Shown piece by piece: positions 41,842-45,734 of a stretch of 45,734 nucleotides of DNA. Position numbers and translations under genes: made by a program. The stretch is from Candidatus Woesearchaeota archaeon (GTDB lineage: Archaea > Nanobdellota > Nanobdellia > Woesearchaeales > BM511): NCBI GenBank assembly GCA_023266675.1, contig JAHFPP010000002.1, positions 1-45,734 of the forward strand, given 5' to 3'. Numbering within the stretch: the stretch's first letter is position 1; every line of letters begins with the position of its first letter. The notes beneath the pieces were generated by a model. It was not told the origin of the DNA, did not search any database, and saw only the letters and a list, made by a program, of their open reading frames with translations.

Positions 41842-43244
41842 TATCTATAATGTTCTGACTTGTAAGGACCATTTACTGGAACACTAATATAATCAGCCTG
41901 TCTCTTAGTCAATTTTGTTAACTTAACACCAATCTTCTCCAAATGTAATCTAGCAACTTCTTCGTCTAATTCTTTAGGCAGGATATAAACTCCAATGTCT
42001 AATTTTTCTTTCCAAAGCTTTAACTGAGCCAATGTTTGGTTGGTGAAGCTATTACTCATAACAAAACTAGGGTGGCCATTTGCGTTTCCAAGATTCGTAA
42101 GTCTACCACGTGAAAGTAGTAATATTTCATGTCCTTCAGGGAAAATAAACTTATCCACCTGTGGCTTAATGTTTACTTCTTTTATTCCCGGGTATTTTTC
42201 AAGCTGACTTACCTGTATCTCATTGTCAAAGTGCCCGATGTTGCATACAATCGCCTGGTCTTTCATCTTTTTCATGTGATCAATTGTGATTATGTCAGTG
42301 TTTCCTGTTGTTGTGACATAAATGTCGCCAACTCCTAGCGTGCTTTCAACAGTGTTTACCTGGTACCCTTCCATCGCAGCCTGAAGCGCGCATATTGGGT
42401 CAATTTCAGTGACTATCACTCTTGCGCCAAATCCTCTTAAACTTTGAGCGCATCCTTTACCAACGTCTCCATAGCCGCATACTACTGCGACTTTTCCTGC
42501 AATCATCACGTCAGTTGCTCTCTTGATTCCGTCAAGAAGTGATTCACGGCATCCGTAAAGGTTGTCAAACTTTGATTTTGTAACTGAATCATTCACATTA
42601 ATTGCAGGAAATAAAAGTTTTCCTTCATTTTGCATCTGGTAAAGTCTATGAACTCCCGTTGTTGTTTCTTCAGAGACTCCTTTGAACTCTTTTAACGTGT
42701 TATGCCAGAACTTTTTGTCTTTAGACTGAATTTCTTTAAGTATTTTATTGACTTCTTTCATGTCTATATTATCATTTTCCTGACTTAGAATTTTTGCATC
42801 ATTTTCTGCTGCGTATCCTCTATGAAAGAACAGTGTAGCGTCTCCGCCGTCGTCAACAATTAAGTTTGGACCTTTGTTTCCAGGAAATATCAATGCCTGC
42901 TTAGTGCACCACCAGTATTCTTCTATCGTCTCTCCTTTCCATGCAAATACAGGAATTCCTCTTTTTGCAATGGCCGCCGCTGCGTGGTCCTGTGTTGAGA
43001 ATATATTGCATGAAGCCCATCTAACATCAGCTCCAAGGTCAGCGAGTGTTTCAATCAGCACTGCCGTCTGGATTGTCATGTGAAGTGAACCCATTATCCG
43101 CACATTTTTTAGCGGTTTTTGTTTTCCATATTTTTCCCTGACTGACATTAATCCAGGCATTTCTTTCTCTGCTATAACTATCTCTTTTCGTCCAAATTCT
43201 GCTAAACTAATATCTTTTACTTTGTAATCATTTGATTTATCCAT
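41838..43244 (-). CDS. ahcY: S-adenosyl-L-homocysteine hydrolase
   Basis: Contains [72 protein letters not shown]. Start set at the second ATG (MDKSNDYKV) because the TATA box would place the TSS downstream of ATG 43262. Confidence 0.9.
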   Translation of the reverse strand: MDKSNDYKVKDISLAEFGRKEIVIAEKEMPGLMSVREKYGKQKPLKNVRIMGSLHMTIQTAVLIETLADLGADVRWASCNIFSTQDHAAAAIAKRGIPVFAWKGETIEEYWWCTKQALIFPGNKGPNLIVDDGGDATLFFHRGYAAENDAKILSQENDNIDMKEVNKILKEIQSKDKKFWHNTLKEFKGVSEETTTGVHRLYQMQNEGKLLFPAINVNDSVTKSKFDNLYGCRESLLDGIKRATDVMIAGKVAVVCGYGDVGKGCAQSLRGFGARVIVTEIDPICALQAAMEGYQVNTVESTLGVGDIYVTTTGNTDIITIDHMKKMKDQAIVCNIGHFDNEIQVSQLEKYPGIKEVNIKPQVDKFIFPEGHEILLLSRGRLTNLGNANGHPSFVMSNSFTNQTLAQLKLWKEKLDIGVYILPKELDEEVARLHLEKIGVKLTKLTKRQADYISVPVNGPYKSEHYRY

Positions 43245-43271
43245 AAAAATCACCAAAAACATGATTTTTCT

Positions 43272-43289
43272 GTATATTTATATACTTTA
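43272..43289 (-). promoter_or_regulatory. TATA box candidate for ahcY
   Basis: Minus strand reads AAAGTATATAAATATACA, centred about 38 nt upstream of ATG 43244. Confidence 0.4.
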
Positions 43290-43348
43290 TTTTAAAAATA
43301 TAGGATTTTGTCCGTAATATAGTATAATAACTGGACAAATTTAGTAAA

Positions 43349-43357
43349 GTATAAATA
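43349..43357 (+). promoter_or_regulatory. TATA box candidate upstream of structured leader and lrp
   Basis: AAAGTATAAATACT is related to the TTTAAATACT boxes elsewhere in the window. Confidence 0.35.
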
Positions 43358-43393
43358 CTTGCTGTACAAAATTGATTATCAGTTATATTTGTG

Positions 43394-43454
43394 GGTAAGG
43401 AGTCCTTCGGCTTCTTATAGAAGTTTAACCCCCGACAAAGAGGGACTCTTTACT
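43394..43454 (+). ncRNA. GC-enriched structured element (long imperfect hairpin), 5' leader of lrp or small RNA
   Basis: A 12-bp outer stem pairs 43394-43405 with 43443-43454 and includes two G-U pairs valid only on the plus strand. An inner TCGG/CCGA helix encloses a CTTC-TTATA-GAAG hairpin. Confidence 0.3.
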
Positions 43455-43474
43455 AACATTTATAGCAATTCAAC

Positions 43475-43897
43475 ATGAAGCTCGATGACAAAGATACGCT
43501 AATTCTCAGCAAGCTTAAACAGGATGCTAGCAAAACAATTAGGACTATAGCTAAAGAGCTTAATCTTCGACCAAGCACTGTGCACCAAAGAATTTCTAAA
43601 CTCAAAGAAGAAGGTGTTATTGAAAAGTTTACAATTAAAACAAACAATAAAGCTTTCTCTGAAAACTTCATTGTCTTGATGCTTGTATCATCCGAAGGGG
43701 CAATAATTCCTGAAGCAGCATTCAAAGACAGTCACATTAAAGATGTGTTTGGCGTCACAGGTGAATACGATTTAATGATAAAAATGAAATTCAAAGACGT
43801 TGAGGACTTCAACGATTTCATATTATCCTTTAGAAAAAAATACAACTTGAAAAAAACAGTAACAATGGTCGCGACAGTTAATTTGAAGGAAGAATGA
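43475..43897 (+). CDS. lrp: Lrp/AsnC family transcriptional regulator
   Basis: N-terminal HTH LDDKDTLILSKLKQDASKTIRTIAKELNLRPSTVHQRISKLKEEGVI. C-terminal ligand-binding-type domain (VTGEYDLMIKMKFKD). Confidence 0.85.
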   Translation: MKLDDKDTLILSKLKQDASKTIRTIAKELNLRPSTVHQRISKLKEEGVIEKFTIKTNNKAFSENFIVLMLVSSEGAIIPEAAFKDSHIKDVFGVTGEYDLMIKMKFKDVEDFNDFILSFRKKYNLKKTVTMVATVNLKEE

Positions 43898-43915
43898 TTA
43901 ACAAGAGAAAATATT

Positions 43916-45734
43916 ATGAATGAACGCTTAAGCTTGAAGAGTATTATTCTTATAATTATAATAATTATGATTCTACCAATATCATTTGGCGACTTGACTG
44001 GGTTTGCTGTTTCTGTTAGTAATAATGTTTCTTTGTCTATTGGCAATTCTGCGCCGGTTATTGTTTTTGTTAATAGCACGCTTAGTTCATGGAGTTTGAA
44101 TGCAGGTCCTGCGGCAACTACTAATGTTGAGGTTTATTTTGAGGCCAGTGACCCAAATGGTTTTGCTGATTTGAATGATTCTAGCGCACTAGTTGTTTTA
44201 AATTTATCCGGTGAGGCTAATAGAACCGGTGCATGTGTTAGGCTGTCTAACATGACTGTTAACAAGGCTAATTACAGCTGCAATGTAAGCATGAAGTTTT
44301 ATGACGGCACTGGCAGCTGGTCTATTAACGCGTCAATAAGCGATAATTCTTGTGCTAATGCAAGCAACTCTTCTGCCCACGTTTTTATTAATTCAAATAT
44401 GAACATAATATTAAATCCTTTAATGCTTATGTGGACAAACGTTATTCCAGGAACAGGAAATAAAACAGCAACCGCTCCAATAAACATTTCCAACGTTGGA
44501 AACATAAACATAAATAATATTTCAATAAAAGCATATGACTTAGTAGGACAAGGATTCACACTGACTGCAAGCAACTTCTCTGCAAGCAGTCAAAGTGTAA
44601 CTGCATGCATGCTGGATTTACTTTCAAATGATACGCAAATAACAAACACAAACACAGGACTTGGAACTTCAACAAACTTGACAAACGATTCCTCCGTTGG
44701 AAACACAGCTTGGACAAATATTACAAACGCGTCAACTAATGACGGAAAATATGCATACGCCACACCAAGCGGAAGTAATATTACAAATTATCTAAAAGCA
44801 CAAAACCTCAATTTCAACATCCCAACAACAAACACAAACATCACAGGAATAGAAATAATAATAGAACACAAACGTGATGCTGTTGGAGAAACTGCGTATA
44901 CAACAGCAGGTACATTTACGTGGACAGCACCATCAAATGTGACAAAAGTTAATATTGTTGCAGTTGGTGGTGGTGGAGGACGTGGTGGCGGTGGCGGAGG
45001 TTTAGGTTATAAAAATAATATTTCTGTTACACCAGGAACTAATTATACCGTTGTAGTTGGTCAAGGATCTTTCGTTGAAGATTCATATTTTATTAGCACA
45101 GGAACTGTAAAAGGAGGCGGAGGTTCAAATAATAATGGTGTTGGTGGAACTTATACAGGAGATGGTGGAGGTAATGGTGGACATGGTGGTCCTAATATAC
45201 TTTATTATGGTGGTGGTGGTGGAGCAGGAGGTTACTCAGGATCTGGAGGAGATGGTACAGGTTCTAGTTCAGGTGGTGCAAGCGGTTCCGGTGGTGGTGG
45301 AGGCGGGGGTACAGGATTTGATAATGGAGTAGATACTGCTTATTGTGGCGGAGGCGGTGGTGTGGGAATATATGGGCAAGGAAGTAATGGAGCAGGTGCT
45401 GCTGCAGGAACGGGTGGGGGTAAGGGAGGTAGTGGTGGAGTTAATGGGATTGATGGTGTTCCTAATAATGGTGGAAACGGAGGGTTATATGGTGGAGGTG
45501 GTGGAGATGGAAGTGGACTTCAAGGTGCAGGAGCTAATGGTGCCGTTCGTATCATATGGGGCTCAAATCGTGCGTTCCCTTCGACAAACGCTGGTAACAT
45601 AACTGGGGATGTTAAAGATTCTCGCATTAGTATTGTAAAAAGCAATGGCACAATCGGTTCTACAAATAAAGTTAATTCAACAAGTTGGAGTGTAAGTGAT
45701 GAAAACTTCACTTATGGTTCATCAACTGATTTGT
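43916..45734 (+). CDS. surface protein (signal/TM, Ig-like sequon-rich domains, glycine-rich domain), 3'-truncated by window edge
   Basis: Not in the ORF track because no stop occurs before the window end. ATG 43916 gives MNERLSLKSIILIIIIIMILPISFG.... Contains GNSAPVI...DPNGFADL. The glycine-rich domain is AYTTAGTFTWTAPSNVTKVNIVAVGGGGGRGGGGGG...GANGAVRIIWG (44894-45562). The frame was checked codon by codon to 45734. Confidence 0.75.
   Translation, partial: MNERLSLKSIILIIIIIMILPISFGDLTGFAVSVSNNVSLSIGNSAPVIVFVNSTLSSWSLNAGPAATTNVEVYFEASDPNGFADLNDSSALVVLNLSGEANRTGACVRLSNMTVNKANYSCNVSMKFYDGTGSWSINASISDNSCANASNSSAHVFINSNMNIILNPLMLMWTNVIPGTGNKTATAPINISNVGNININNISIKAYDLVGQGFTLTASNFSASSQSVTACMLDLLSNDTQITNTNTGLGTSTNLTNDSSVGNTAWTNITNASTNDGKYAYATPSGSNITNYLKAQNLNFNIPTTNTNITGIEIIIEHKRDAVGETAYTTAGTFTWTAPSNVTKVNIVAVGGGGGRGGGGGGLGYKNNISVTPGTNYTVVVGQGSFVEDSYFISTGTVKGGGGSNNNGVGGTYTGDGGGNGGHGGPNILYYGGGGGAGGYSGSGGDGTGSSSGGASGSGGGGGGGTGFDNGVDTAYCGGGGGVGIYGQGSNGAGAAAGTGGGKGGSGGVNGIDGVPNNGGNGGLYGGGGGDGSGLQGAGANGAVRIIWGSNRAFPSTNAGNITGDVKDSRISIVKSNGTIGSTNKVNSTSWSVSDENFTYGSSTDL

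Noticed and set aside
45135-45711. ORFs 45135..45332, 45345..45602 (+) and 45520..45711 (-)
   Set aside because: They are alternative-frame or antisense readings of the GGT/GGA-rich glycine domain (MVEVMV... strings). The real frame is the one open from 43916 to the window end.

Overview
AT-rich, tightly packed window with archaeal hallmarks: an STT3/AglB oligosaccharyltransferase with a WWDFG motif, class III (prepilin-type) signal peptides of the AQ|FSIEYL kind, a geranylgeranyl reductase, an Lrp/AsnC regulator, purine-rich BRE plus TTTAWATA promoter boxes, GGTGA ribosome-binding sites, and a tRNA without encoded CCA that carries an insertion. By inference this is a small-genome DPANN-like archaeon. 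Layout: (1) 3-15989 is a glycosylation region. About 15 co-directional minus-strand genes run from aglB to an SDR epimerase and include a complete bacterial-type ADP-L-glycero-D-manno-heptose pathway plus a GT9 heptosyltransferase. (2) 16253-25499 is a plus-strand island of secreted or anchored surface proteins: a Cys-rich MopE-like/PKD protein, two S-layer-like proteins with C-terminal anchors, and a lipoprotein. (3) 25626-29667 is a virus-like fibre module. It holds two duplicated 44-aa RHH-like genes, a beta-helical fibre protein with a C-terminal endosialidase-chaperone (S74-type) domain, a glycine-rich-domain protein with the same Tat-like N-terminus, a small phage-like ORF, a homing-endonuclease-like remnant, and a tRNA-Trp(CCA) candidate. 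(4) 30892-37814 is a minus-strand operon of three pilin-like proteins, a 1576-aa class-III-signal vWA adhesin and a membrane-anchored protein. (5) 38033-41841 is an accessory patch with a DMP19/DUF4375-like protein and an Mrr-type endonuclease with helical repeats. (6) The window ends with ahcY, lrp and a second glycine-rich-domain surface protein that runs off the window. The best candidates for undescribed biology are the fibre module and the giant pilin-anchored adhesin operon. All family assignments come from motif recognition by eye and need HMM or structure confirmation.
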